Shown piece after piece: positions 37,574-47,863 of a stretch of 64,000 bases of DNA (within the stretch, counting starts at the first letter, position 1; each line of letters begins with the position of its first letter). The notes under the pieces are model-generated. The model ran no database searches and had not been told where the DNA came from. It saw only the letters and a list, made by a program, of their open reading frames with translations. This DNA is from an uncultured archaeon. Its GTDB lineage: Archaea; Thermoplasmatota; Penumbrarchaeia; JASLWR01. A program made the translations under genes and the position numbers. The DNA is taken from the NCBI GenBank assembly GCA_964342815.1, contig CAYFHS010000001.1:32001-96000 (forward strand), read 5' to 3'.

Positions 37574-40500
37574 CTACCTATTTACTGAATCTCCCGGCCC
37601 ATTATTCGGAGCACTTTCCATTGGCGGCTCAGGGAGTTGCGGTACCGAATGTTCAACCGGTCCGATAATGTTAGGTTTGATGCTGCCATCATTCATCCTC
37701 ATACCGCAGGACATACAGAACAAATCTCCGTCTCTCATCACGGCACTGCAGCTCGGACAATGGACCAAAATGCTCTCGATTTCAGCCGCCTGTCCCGTGA
37801 TTTGCTCGATGGATATGTTTTCTGATGTGCCCCCATCTTCATCGTCCTCTTCTTCGTCATCTTCATAGTCTTCATCCTCATCGTCATCATCGTCCTCTTC
37901 CTCCGCGCTCCTGCCCAGCTTGTAGAGTTCTTTGAAATCGTTGGATGAGAAAAATATTGACCGCCTCAACCGTGAGAATATAGATTTTTTCACCTTTATC
38001 CTCTTTCCCTTCAAGCGTCTCATCTTCTCCTTCTCGTAGATGGCCTTCAGCTGTTTGCTTCCCTTGTAATCTACCTTGCCGTGTTCGATGGCCAGTGCTA
38101 TCTGGTTGTGGTACCACCTGTCCAGCTCTTCTATGGATTTCGCTTTGCTGAGCATTTTGTCAAATCTCAGATATCGTACTTTCTGGAATATGGAACCGAT
38201 CATCCAGATAAGAACGATACCGCCTACTACCTGGAAGAAACTCAATATCGTAGACCAGGGAAGTTTATCCTGTATCAACCAGCCGGTGTTCGGATCACTG
38301 TCATCGGTATCGGAGTAATCAAAGAAGAAGAATACCCGGGCGTTCTTTTTCAGGCCGTCATTATCCGCATCCTCGTCAGCGTTGTCACCAATACCGTCTC
38401 CATCCGTGTCTTGAGATTCCGCGGGATTCAAGCGAAACCTGTAATGCTCTTCGATATCGGGATAACCGTCTGCATCGTCATCGGTATCCTCAAGTAGCTT
38501 GTACCCGGTATCGAACCACACATGGTCGGTGACATCCAATAAGGTATCCGGGTGGCCATCGCCATCGGTATCCACAGCTCCGCTGGGATTGAGTGGAAAA
38601 GCGTCGGTGACATCCGGGTAACCGTCATTGTCGTCGTCCGAATCAACGCTGTCCGGGATAAAGTCCTTATCCAGGTCGGCAGGGTATGAACTTGCGTTAA
38701 TGGGATCGCTTCCCTGACTCAATTCCAGATCGTTACTGTACCCGTCGTTGTCTATATCGTCGTCTTGATAATCCAGAGTTCCGTCATTATCAATGTCCTT
38801 GGGATTGGATGTATTATCAAACTGGTCGAAACCAGACGATTTTTCAACCTCATCGGAATATCCATCGTTATCGTCGTCGGTGTCAATATCATCGGGAATC
38901 AGGTCTTTATCATTATCCGGGGGAGTCTCGTTCGAAGCCGTGGTTGATGTTCCGTAATTGGACTCCATTATGTCGGAATACCCGTCGTTGTCATCATCGT
39001 CATCGGAAGAATCGGGGACGAGATCTCCATCACTGTCTTTCGGTATGGATATATTATTATACGGATCAGAGCTCTCCTTGAGCTCCAATAGATCCGGATA
39101 TCCATCATTGTCATCATCGTCGTCGGTATTGTCACCGAGCCCGTCGTTATCGAAATCGCCCCTTTCCGTTGAATCCAGTGGGAATAGATCCCCTCTCGTG
39201 CCGTTTGGATTGTCTCCGTAGCCATCCCCGTCGCTGTCCTTCTGCTGGCTGGCATCACGAGGCATGAAATCGCGATTATCTCCAACTCCGTCGCCATCGC
39301 TGTCTGCCCACTCGAACGAATCGTCGGGAAAGGCATCCCCATTGGTACCATTGCCGTTATCCCCGTAACCGTCACCATCCGTATCCCGAGACTGGCTGTC
39401 ATCGAAAGGCATGAAATCCTTGTTATCGCCAAGGGTATCGTTATCGCTGTCTGCCCATTCTAGCGGATCAAATGGGAATGCGTCGCCGATCCTTACGGTT
39501 TGGTTATTTCCGTTAATCATCACGACCGACCAGGGTATATTATCCCCGTAACCGTCGCCATCGGTATCGCGCCACTGGGTTATATCATTAGGAAAGGCGT
39601 CTTCGTAATTATTGCCGAAACCGTCCCCATCAGTATCGTTCCATTCGAGGGGATTGTCTGGGAATATGTCTCCCATTGTGACTTTCAATTCGATTCCGCG
39701 ATAGTGTACGTTGATTCCGGGAAAATTATCCCCAAAACCGTCCCCGTCCCGGTCATTCCACTGGCCTTCATCACGTGGGAATGCGTCGGAGAACATATCC
39801 CCATGGAGGTCTCCGTCAGCATCGATGTACTCGAAGTTGTTCCATGGAATCGCATCTATATTATCACCATACCCATCGCGGTCACCGTCGATCCATTCTT
39901 CTCCGTCATCAGGAAATGCGTCAGCGAAATCGGGGAATCCGTCCCAGTCCCTGTCGATGTTGAAACTTCCATCCCCATAGTTCATTCTGATTGTGACGGT
40001 ATCATTTCCCCTGTTCCCTATTGCAAGATCGAGGGAATAATCCCCGTTCAGATCCGCAACATCCACGTAGTGGGTGCCGAAACCGACCTCATAATCGTCT
40101 GTCTCAAAAAACCAGCCCCGGCCGTCGTTCATGAGTATGGAGATGATGGGTGAATTGGCAGATAATATGATGTCATTGTCATAGTCGTGGTCGAGATCGG
40201 CCAGGCTTATAGCTACGGGTTGTGTGCTCACAGATATCGATGTCCAATTACCGAATCCGCCATAACCGTCGTTTCCAAGGATGGAAATTGAATTACCTCC
40301 GTCATTCGTTACTAAAATCTCCGGATATTCGTCACCGGTGATGTCACCTACGCAGACATGCCTCCCCTTATGTGGAACATTGATAACTTCGGTATTATTC
40401 AACGTACCGTTTCCCTCGTTTCTGACTACCGTTACCGTTGACGATTGTAACCAGTTCCCAGCAATTACGTCCATATCTCCATCTTTATCAACATCGTCGA

Positions 40501-42202
40501 GGACCATCTGTTGAACTATAGAACCGGTAGAATAACCAGGGCCTTCGGAAAACTGCCCAGAGCCGTTATTGAAAAGCACATATATCGAAAAGAGGGAGGT
40601 ATAGACAACATCGAGGTCTCCATCGCCGTCCATATCTCCAATGTCCATGTTTGTGAAGAACCCATCATAATATTCCCTCGTTGGAAAGGTCCCATCCCCA
40701 TTATTGAAAAGAACTGCGAGTTTGAAATCCGAATCAACCACCACATCCACGTACGAATCGTTATTGAGATCTCCGATCACCATTGAATCCGCCGTGTCTC
40801 CGATTGACGTTTTATATGAGTCATACATGGAACCAAAGCCATCATTCCATAGTATGGTGATGGAATCGTCGCCAAAATTACAGGTTATGATATCCAGGTC
40901 GCCGTCAGAATCAAAATCGGCGATATCGACATCTTCGGGTTTGTCACCCACCATGTAATCTCGTCTCAATCCAAACGAACCGTGGCCGGTATTATATAGG
41001 AAGTATAGGGATCCACCAATCCAATTAGATACTAATATGTCCTGGTCACCATCGAGATCCAGGTCTCCCATACATAATCCTACCGGAAAATCCCCCACCG
41101 CATAATCTATACGGCTCGAAAAACCTCCGTCACCATTGTTCATAAGTAGCGTTATTGTCTCATCCGCAAGGTTAGCAACAGCAATATCAATGTCACCATC
41201 GGTATCCAAGTCCCCTACGCATAATTTCTCGGGATCGGTGCCGACCGGGTAATCCCTTCGGAGGCCAAAACCGCCCACACCATCGTTCTCAAGGACTGTG
41301 ATATCACGATCGAGTTTATTGGTTGTAATTGCATCCAGATCCCCATCAGAGTCAATGTCAACAAGCCGAATGCAATATGGATAATCTCCCGCAATATAAC
41401 TCCTCCGGTTCCCGAATATCCCCCCATGGTTAGTGAGGATTGAAACAGTATCGGAATTTTTATCGGCAGTGATGATGTCCAGATCGAGATCGCCATCGAG
41501 ATCGCCCAGGCATATGCTGGAAGGGCCATCTCCAACTGAATAAGTGGTGTGTTGACCGAAACCGCCCAACCCATCATTAAGAAGAACCGAAACATTATCA
41601 TCAGCACGATTCGCAGTAACGATATCCAGATCTCCATCCCCATTGATATCGCCGACATCCACCCAATACGGAGTGGTTCCTACATTATAATCCGTTTTAG
41701 CCCCGAACGAACCAGCTCCCGTATTAAGCAGTACCGATACAGTATCATAACCCCTATTCGCACATACAATGTCCAAACCGTTCCCGCCATCCAGATCTCT
41801 CATCTTGACTGATCCGGGTGCTAATCCCACGGAATAGGAAACTTCTGAGGTGATGTTCCCATTATGATTGCGGAGCAGTACCGAAACGGACTTATTGTCG
41901 AAGTCCGTGGTGATAATATCAACAACTCCATCATTATTAACGTCTTCGAGATCTATGTCACATACATTATTGCCAACAATGATAGATGGGAAGCTCACTT
42001 CGATCGCCCTGTTTCGAATGTCCCGGGTTCTTGGAATCTGATCCGCTTCTTCAAACTCAAACTGTTCCACATAGGTATCAATGTTGCGTTCATTATCGTT
42101 ATGGCTGATGAATGGAATCAAATTCATCATTCCCATGACACAATTCAAAACGATCAAAAACAAAATGCCTTTCGCTATCGATTTTCCAGCTGTTTTTTTC
42201 AT
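37574..42202 (-). CDS. Large surface protein: VCBS/FG-GAP repeats, thrombospondin type-3-like Ca-binding repeats, TM, acidic tract, zinc ribbon
   Basis: Many DxDGDGDLDI repeats, then many DxDGDGxGD repeats, TM WSTILSFFQVVGGIVLIWMIGSIF, CPSC...CMSC near the C-terminus. Confidence 0.88.
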   Translation of the reverse strand: MKKTAGKSIAKGILFLIVLNCVMGMMNLIPFISHNDNERNIDTYVEQFEFEEADQIPRTRDIRNRAIEVSFPSIIVGNNVCDIDLEDVNNDGVVDIITTDFDNKSVSVLLRNHNGNITSEVSYSVGLAPGSVKMRDLDGGNGLDIVCANRGYDTVSVLLNTGAGSFGAKTDYNVGTTPYWVDVGDINGDGDLDIVTANRADDNVSVLLNDGLGGFGQHTTYSVGDGPSSICLGDLDGDLDLDIITADKNSDTVSILTNHGGIFGNRRSYIAGDYPYCIRLVDIDSDGDLDAITTNKLDRDITVLENDGVGGFGLRRDYPVGTDPEKLCVGDLDTDGDIDIAVANLADETITLLMNNGDGGFSSRIDYAVGDFPVGLCMGDLDLDGDQDILVSNWIGGSLYFLYNTGHGSFGLRRDYMVGDKPEDVDIADFDSDGDLDIITCNFGDDSITILWNDGFGSMYDSYKTSIGDTADSMVIGDLNNDSYVDVVVDSDFKLAVLFNNGDGTFPTREYYDGFFTNMDIGDMDGDGDLDVVYTSLFSIYVLFNNGSGQFSEGPGYSTGSIVQQMVLDDVDKDGDMDVIAGNWLQSSTVTVVRNEGNGTLNNTEVINVPHKGRHVCVGDITGDEYPEILVTNDGGNSISILGNDGYGGFGNWTSISVSTQPVAISLADLDHDYDNDIILSANSPIISILMNDGRGWFFETDDYEVGFGTHYVDVADLNGDYSLDLAIGNRGNDTVTIRMNYGDGSFNIDRDWDGFPDFADAFPDDGEEWIDGDRDGYGDNIDAIPWNNFEYIDADGDLHGDMFSDAFPRDEGQWNDRDGDGFGDNFPGINVHYRGIELKVTMGDIFPDNPLEWNDTDGDGFGNNYEDAFPNDITQWRDTDGDGYGDNIPWSVVMINGNNQTVRIGDAFPFDPLEWADSDNDTLGDNKDFMPFDDSQSRDTDGDGYGDNGNGTNGDAFPDDSFEWADSDGDGVGDNRDFMPRDASQQKDSDGDGYGDNPNGTRGDLFPLDSTERGDFDNDGLGDNTDDDDDNDGYPDLLELKESSDPYNNISIPKDSDGDLVPDSSDDDDDNDGYSDIMESNYGTSTTASNETPPDNDKDLIPDDIDTDDDNDGYSDEVEKSSGFDQFDNTSNPKDIDNDGTLDYQDDDIDNDGYSNDLELSQGSDPINASSYPADLDKDFIPDSVDSDDDNDGYPDVTDAFPLNPSGAVDTDGDGHPDTLLDVTDHVWFDTGYKLLEDTDDDADGYPDIEEHYRFRLNPAESQDTDGDGIGDNADEDADNDGLKKNARVFFFFDYSDTDDSDPNTGWLIQDKLPWSTILSFFQVVGGIVLIWMIGSIFQKVRYLRFDKMLSKAKSIEELDRWYHNQIALAIEHGKVDYKGSKQLKAIYEKEKMRRLKGKRIKVKKSIFSRLRRSIFFSSNDFKELYKLGRSAEEEDDDDDEDEDYEDDEEEDDEDGGTSENISIEQITGQAAEIESILVHCPSCSAVMRDGDLFCMSCGMRMNDGSIKPNIIGPVEHSVPQLPEPPMESAPNNGPGDSVNR

Positions 42203-42347
42203 GGTGACCACTCTTTTTATTAAACAAAATTTAACGGAGATATGATTGAATATACGTTCACCTTAATAAATTAAACTTTACCCCTGTAAGTAAGTGAAAA
42301 TTTTCAGTATGTTTACAATGCATTGAAGGTCCGGAATTCGTAAATTA

Positions 42348-43325
42348 TTAAATTTCCTTATCCATTTCCATCATGTATAATATCCGAATTATCTTTTCCG
42401 GCTCATTTATATTGTACTGAACCTGTTCATCAATCCAATCCTTTTTTAAAATATTCGTTTTTAATAGCAGATCAATATGTTGATTCAGCATTGTTGAATT
42501 TAATCTGGTTCTTTTCGATAGGTCTTTCAGAGTGCATCCATGACGCTTGATTATAAGTCTAATTATTTCCTGGATTGTCGCATTCTCCAACGGAGATTCT
42601 TTCCAAGATGATAAGTCGGCATATTTTTCCCCATGAGTATCGGTCCTCTTATTTCTCCACTTTTCATTGATCTCATCATCGGGGTTTGGAGTCCACTGCA
42701 GTGCTCTTATGGCAGCTACGATCTGTAAAATAACAGAAAATGAAAATGCCAGCTCCATTACCACGATGAAAGCACGTTCGCTTTTTGCAATGGAAAAAAT
42801 AATTGTCAGAAACGAGCTGAATACGATTATTATCATCGCAATTATAAACTGTGTTTTTCCTCCGATCCTGTAGATAGGTAGCCCCACCGAAATGTTTATC
42901 CAGAATAACAAAGGAATAAAAAGACTTGCCTTATATGGCAAAATGGAGCTCAATCCACCGTAATCAATTTCAAGATTTATGATTCGATAACATCCAATTG
43001 GAATGAATATCGTCCACATTATCAAACCTATCAAGGACTTACCGAAATTGTCACCATGTCTAGTACCTAAAAAAATCAAGGAAAGAGCAAAAAGTGTAAT
43101 TAGACAAACTGCAGGTAAAATATAGTAAGGGAAGATTTGCACTGAGAAAACAAGCACCAATATTTCAAAGGATGTAAGACCTGAGGGAAAATCTCCTTTT
43201 CGTTCATATGATTCTTCAATAAAATTATTCTGTTCAATAAGAAAAGTGATCGATATTATTCCAAGTAATAGCATGAAGAGAGAAATAATCAGAAGGATTA
43301 ATCCCACCTTGCTTTTTTCTACCAT
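42348..43325 (-). CDS. Multi-TM membrane protein with C-terminal winged-helix domain
   Basis: About six hydrophobic segments, then QEIIRLIIKRHGCTLKDLSKRTRLNSTMLNQHIDLL...Y; AT-rich. Confidence 0.65.
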   Translation of the reverse strand: MVEKSKVGLILLIISLFMLLLGIISITFLIEQNNFIEESYERKGDFPSGLTSFEILVLVFSVQIFPYYILPAVCLITLFALSLIFLGTRHGDNFGKSLIGLIMWTIFIPIGCYRIINLEIDYGGLSSILPYKASLFIPLLFWINISVGLPIYRIGGKTQFIIAMIIIVFSSFLTIIFSIAKSERAFIVVMELAFSFSVILQIVAAIRALQWTPNPDDEINEKWRNKRTDTHGEKYADLSSWKESPLENATIQEIIRLIIKRHGCTLKDLSKRTRLNSTMLNQHIDLLLKTNILKKDWIDEQVQYNINEPEKIIRILYMMEMDKEI

Positions 43326-43400
43326 TTTATCGCCTGGTCCGGAAGTGCAAAGCCTATTTTTTTCCTAATTATGGATTCTGAATCCGCTCAATCACATTCT

Positions 43401-43964
43401 CTAACCGCCCTTAATCCGGAAAACCAGCTTCCGCGGTCCTGGTTCGTCGGTATCTACGTCCTCATCCTCGTCATCATCCGATATTACCTCTGTAAATCCA
43501 TCAAGATCATCATCATCCCGGTAAACCTCGGCGAAATCCTCTTCATCTGATCCATCCATATCTTCAGGATAATCGTAATAATCTTCGTTGTCGTAATACT
43601 CATCCTCAAAACCGTCTTTTTTACTGGAAAAAGCCCGAATGACGTCTTTATTCGCTGCTAGATAGACCGCAATCGCCAGGACTATTATAATATTGACTAT
43701 TGCACAGATCTGGCCCAGTGCTATGGCCATGAGCCCGAACAGTACGCTTAAGAAAGAAAGGATTATTGCTGCGAACCTTGCCCAATTCTGACACAGTAAT
43801 AGGCAAATACCAACGACGATGACCAGAACACCCTGAACGATTTGGAAAATAATCATTGCCGGGACCGCTGCATAATATATAATACCCGAGATCATGTTCA
43901 TTGGTCCGGTGATGAGAAAAAGTATTCCAATAACCATCACACCCGTAGGAACCTCTCGTGCCAT
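43401..43964 (-). CDS. Membrane protein with acidic C-terminal tail
   Basis: About four TM segments with a WAR motif, followed by a D/E/Y-rich tail. Confidence 0.7.
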   Translation of the reverse strand: MAREVPTGVMVIGILFLITGPMNMISGIIYYAAVPAMIIFQIVQGVLVIVVGICLLLCQNWARFAAIILSFLSVLFGLMAIALGQICAIVNIIIVLAIAVYLAANKDVIRAFSSKKDGFEDEYYDNEDYYDYPEDMDGSDEEDFAEVYRDDDDLDGFTEVISDDDEDEDVDTDEPGPRKLVFRIKGG

Positions 43965-44083
43965 GGATACTTCTTATACGTTTTTCATTAATATATTTTT
44001 TGACTTTATATTTCATCCTTTACCATATGAAGAATTCAGTTTTTCATGGTGAAAATAATTCATGCTGGAATGCCGCAAAACCA

Positions 44084-44356
44084 TCATTTTTCTTCAGCTT
44101 TCCCTTTTCGCGTGAAAAGGAAGAATATGGCAAAGTAGATTCCCAGCATCACAACTACGCTCAATATCTGACTCAAAGTCCCTTTCTCGATCCCTTCGAA
44201 GAAAAGTTCAAGATCGAGTATGTTGAAATAGTTCATTATGACCGGGTCTGCGGTGCTCACCGATTTATATGCGAGAATCAACATATGCGTTATAGCCGAG
44301 AACAGCACTAGTTTCAACAATGCGTCGAGATACCGGTTCTTTGCTATTTGTCTCAT
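44084..44356 (-). CDS. Small 2-TM membrane protein
   Basis: AGGTGA SD, two hydrophobic helices, co-oriented with and adjacent to 44368-46215. Confidence 0.65.
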   Translation of the reverse strand: MRQIAKNRYLDALLKLVLFSAITHMLILAYKSVSTADPVIMNYFNILDLELFFEGIEKGTLSQILSVVVMLGIYFAIFFLFTRKGKAEEK

Positions 44357-44367
44357 TTACATCACCT

Positions 44368-46215
44368 TTACCAGAGATGTTCGTTGCATATTCGTTCATC
44401 GAAATCGTAACAATCTTCACAAACCCATTTTTTACATTCTGTGCAGTAATTTACAGCGGCAAGTATACCTTCTTTTCGCAGTTTTTTTACCATCCGGTCC
44501 CTTTCCTCGGTGGTGAGAAACAGATCGTCCTTGGGCAAGTCGTCCAGGGCTTTCCCGGTAAAATCGGAATATAACTTTCTGATGCCCTTGATCCCCATTT
44601 CAGGGCGCAGTGTGGCGGCTCCGATACCCGCCATGGCGGCCCCCGCTCCCATGTTCACCCATCTTGCCCACCGCCGGTCTCTGATTGTTCCTACACCCTT
44701 GTCACAAACTGCGCATCTGAACTCGATTATCAGCGTTCCGGTCTTCTTTCTCATTCCGTAGGGGGTCGGAAGCTCCTTTGAGATATCGTTCATGTGCCGC
44801 TTCATCTTTTTCGACATTTTTCTCATATCTTCCCTAAGGTCTTTTTGTCCCTTTTTCAGTTCCCGCGTCCTTTTCCGGCTCCTCTCGTCCATGCCCTCCA
44901 GCTTTTCCCTCATCGCTTCCTCGTCCAATCCACGACTCACCTTGATGTCCTTTCCGATATTCGACCTCTGTACAACACTGTCCCGTATATCCACCTTCGA
45001 GGCACCTTCCGCGAGATAATCCCCCGTCACATTTAGGATGGTCGTGGGAGGTGGCCTTCCGTCTTCAGGGTCGGCTACGCTTAGTATAGCAGATTCCTTC
45101 TGGCGGAACTGTTTGTTCGCTGCATCCTGATACATGATCACGAGATTTGCCTTCGGTTTTCCCGCTCTTAGCGGTACCACGGATAGACCTGCGTGCGTGG
45201 TCACCCCCGGGGGCAGGCTTCCTAGAGCCGCGATCTTTTCCCCCTCGAAGAATGGCGATTCGAGCCTGACGGAAATATCCTTGGCACCGCCGTCACCGGA
45301 ATTCACAACCGACAGCGATAGAGTGGACACCAGATTCTGAACCATTCCTTCCATGGCCCTTAGCTTCACGTCCAGCCTGGGTTTTCCGGTTTCAGCAGCG
45401 GCCATCATATTTAGCCGTTCGGCTTCGGCTTCCCTGCGTATTTTCGATATCTCCTTTTTCAAGGTCTTTAACCAGGCCTTGTCCTGTTTGAGATTGTTCT
45501 TGATGTTCCGATCGCTCTTTATCTTGTATGATTTTCGATGAAGCTCCACCGCCTTCTCTCGAAGTTCCCTTGATCTCACGTACTCGTGCAAAGCAGATGA
45601 CCAGTTCTCCATTTCCCTCTCGGCACTGGCCTTGTAATAGTGATAGCCGGACCGATCCCGATAGTAGATGCCAAGGCGGTTGTTGTACCCTGACATGTTC
45701 TTGCTGGTCCTGCTGAGTTCGGCTGCCAGTTTCATAGTGTGGGCGCCGCTCAAACGGTATTCCGCCGCCCTCTCGAGATGCTCGGCCTTACCCTTTCCGG
45801 ATTTGGCGTTGGCCCTCTCCACTTCCGCATTGGCAAGAGATGTATATTTATCCCCTTCGGTGAAACGCATGTTCCCTTCGGTTACCGGATAGCTCGGGTC
45901 CCCGGGGTCCAGGTAGCTGAGGGAGTTATTGTCCGCTTGGATAGAATTGTCATAATATTCACCAACAAGGATCGAATCCTCTACGGTCTCCTCGTTTATC
46001 GCCCTTGCCCTGCTTGACCAGCCCCAGCTCTCGCAGTGTTTCTCCCAATAACTCTCTCCGGCATTGGAATAATATTCCGCGGCCTGGAAATATAATTCCG
46101 ACGCTTCCATATCGTCATTGTCGTCCACCGCTTTTACCGCCTTTTCCCTTAGCTTATCCGCTCTCGCAATTGAACTAAAATCCCCTTTCTTTGCGGTCTT
46201 TCCGAAAAATCCCAT
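44368..46215 (-). CDS. Multidomain hypothetical protein: helical repeats, CARDB-like Ig domain, coiled coil, Cys-rich zinc-binding C-terminus
   Basis: GAGGTG SD; A/E/Y-rich helical repeats; LSVVNSGDGGAKDISV; CAVC...CTEC...CEDC...C.EH. Confidence 0.75.
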   Translation of the reverse strand: MGFFGKTAKKGDFSSIARADKLREKAVKAVDDNDDMEASELYFQAAEYYSNAGESYWEKHCESWGWSSRARAINEETVEDSILVGEYYDNSIQADNNSLSYLDPGDPSYPVTEGNMRFTEGDKYTSLANAEVERANAKSGKGKAEHLERAAEYRLSGAHTMKLAAELSRTSKNMSGYNNRLGIYYRDRSGYHYYKASAEREMENWSSALHEYVRSRELREKAVELHRKSYKIKSDRNIKNNLKQDKAWLKTLKKEISKIRREAEAERLNMMAAAETGKPRLDVKLRAMEGMVQNLVSTLSLSVVNSGDGGAKDISVRLESPFFEGEKIAALGSLPPGVTTHAGLSVVPLRAGKPKANLVIMYQDAANKQFRQKESAILSVADPEDGRPPPTTILNVTGDYLAEGASKVDIRDSVVQRSNIGKDIKVSRGLDEEAMREKLEGMDERSRKRTRELKKGQKDLREDMRKMSKKMKRHMNDISKELPTPYGMRKKTGTLIIEFRCAVCDKGVGTIRDRRWARWVNMGAGAAMAGIGAATLRPEMGIKGIRKLYSDFTGKALDDLPKDDLFLTTEERDRMVKKLRKEGILAAVNYCTECKKWVCEDCYDFDERICNEHLW

Positions 46216-46423
46216 TTCCGTCCACCTCTAGTTGGGCCTTAATCGATTAATGACATTAAAAAACTATCGCTATCGCTGGATTTCCGGATTCTTTGTTAAT
46301 GAGAAAAAATGAGTAACAGAAAGATTAATGAATATAGTCATCATATAACATCCGTTCCCCAAAGTTCTAATTGAAAAATCTAATTACTTTGGGCCGGAAA
46401 TCGGACAGGGATGTTGAGGACCG

Positions 46424-47755
46424 ATGTCAGATATAAGTGCCATAATCTACAAGAGCATATTTTCAAGGCTAATGGAGCCCATATGCATAGTGGATTCCAG
46501 TGGAACCATCATTGACGTAAACTTCAGTATGGAGATGCTCCTTGGATATGAAACCGGCGAGCTTACCGGAAAAATATTGCATTCCTTGCTGATAAAGGAG
46601 TCAGCATTGATGATGGGGGAGATATTGAAGGAAACAGAGATTATATCCAAGCGTACGGAAGAAGTAACCCTTGTCCGAGCCGACGGGACCTCCATAGTCC
46701 GCAACATCAAATTTTTTTCCGTTCTCGATGTTCAGGCTAATAAGATATATTGTTTCCAGATACCGCTGCTTGCCCAGAAATACTCATGGCTTGGAGATAT
46801 CTTCTCAGCAACCGGAGAAATGAACGATTCGGATATTTTATTGAAAGATATTATCGCCGCACTGCCACCCGATCCTCGTGATGTGTCAGAAGCCTTGGTT
46901 CCAGCCCCAGTTCCGCGAGAATTCATTCAGCCCGTCCCAATTGACAGGGAAGTGAAAGAACTTACAAAGGACATCGAGGAATTGATGGAGACCTTTGGGC
47001 CGCCGCCGGAGGAGGGCCTGGTGATGACTGATGCGGAGGGAAAGATCACCGAATATAACGATTATTTTCTGAAGATAATAGGTCTTCCGGATCAAACGAG
47101 GGTAGCTGAGTCTGAAAAACAGCGGGAAAAGGATAAGGTGGCAGGAAAATATTTTGGGGATTTTCTGGCTGCGGACCGTAAAGATGATTTCGAAGAAATA
47201 TTGAAATCCCTGAGGGGAACTGCCTCGGTGGAAGGGATCAAAACAGTTTTTACCTCATTGGACGGTAAAAATTTCCCCGTAGCTCTGAACGGGATTACAA
47301 TAAAAGACGAGAATGCTGACATATTGGGTTTCATACTGGTCATTCAAAAGATCGAAGTTATGGGTGTAAGAAGAGACAACCTTCAGTTGTCAAGTGCGCC
47401 CTCGCTCGATATCCCGCCGGTTGTAAAATCTGTGGTAGAACTTGTAAAGGAAGGTATTGTGGTAACCGATACTAATGGTACGATAACCGGGCTAAATTCC
47501 TACATGGAAGAGATCATCGACCGAAAATCCGCGGACTTGCAAGCGAAAGAAATGCTCGAACTGTTCCCGGAAGAAGATCGGGAGAGGGCATCCTTGATAA
47601 TCGAGAACATCGAATCCGAGGGTAAGGTGGAAAACCACGAATTCCGGTTGATAACGGGTAACGGATCCGTCATCTCCGTAATGCTCGACTGGTCCCTTAT
47701 CGAGGATATCGACGGCACCGGTGTGGGAATGATGTTGGTGGTCCGTAAAGGATAG
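46424..47755 (+). CDS. Protein with three PAS domains and no output domain
   Basis: Three xxxDxxGxIxxxN motifs (IVDSSGTIIDVN, MTDAEGKITEYN, VTDTNGTITGLN); the ORF ends right after the third PAC strand. Confidence 0.85.
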   Translation: MSDISAIIYKSIFSRLMEPICIVDSSGTIIDVNFSMEMLLGYETGELTGKILHSLLIKESALMMGEILKETEIISKRTEEVTLVRADGTSIVRNIKFFSVLDVQANKIYCFQIPLLAQKYSWLGDIFSATGEMNDSDILLKDIIAALPPDPRDVSEALVPAPVPREFIQPVPIDREVKELTKDIEELMETFGPPPEEGLVMTDAEGKITEYNDYFLKIIGLPDQTRVAESEKQREKDKVAGKYFGDFLAADRKDDFEEILKSLRGTASVEGIKTVFTSLDGKNFPVALNGITIKDENADILGFILVIQKIEVMGVRRDNLQLSSAPSLDIPPVVKSVVELVKEGIVVTDTNGTITGLNSYMEEIIDRKSADLQAKEMLELFPEEDRERASLIIENIESEGKVENHEFRLITGNGSVISVMLDWSLIEDIDGTGVGMMLVVRKG

Positions 47756-47863
47756 GGCAAGAGCTCAATGATCCTGTTCTTCAGTTTTCGGCGGAATAAA
47801 TCACGTTAGGGGAAATTATTAATCTTTTAGAGACTTTCAACATGAAATGTATATGATGATTGA

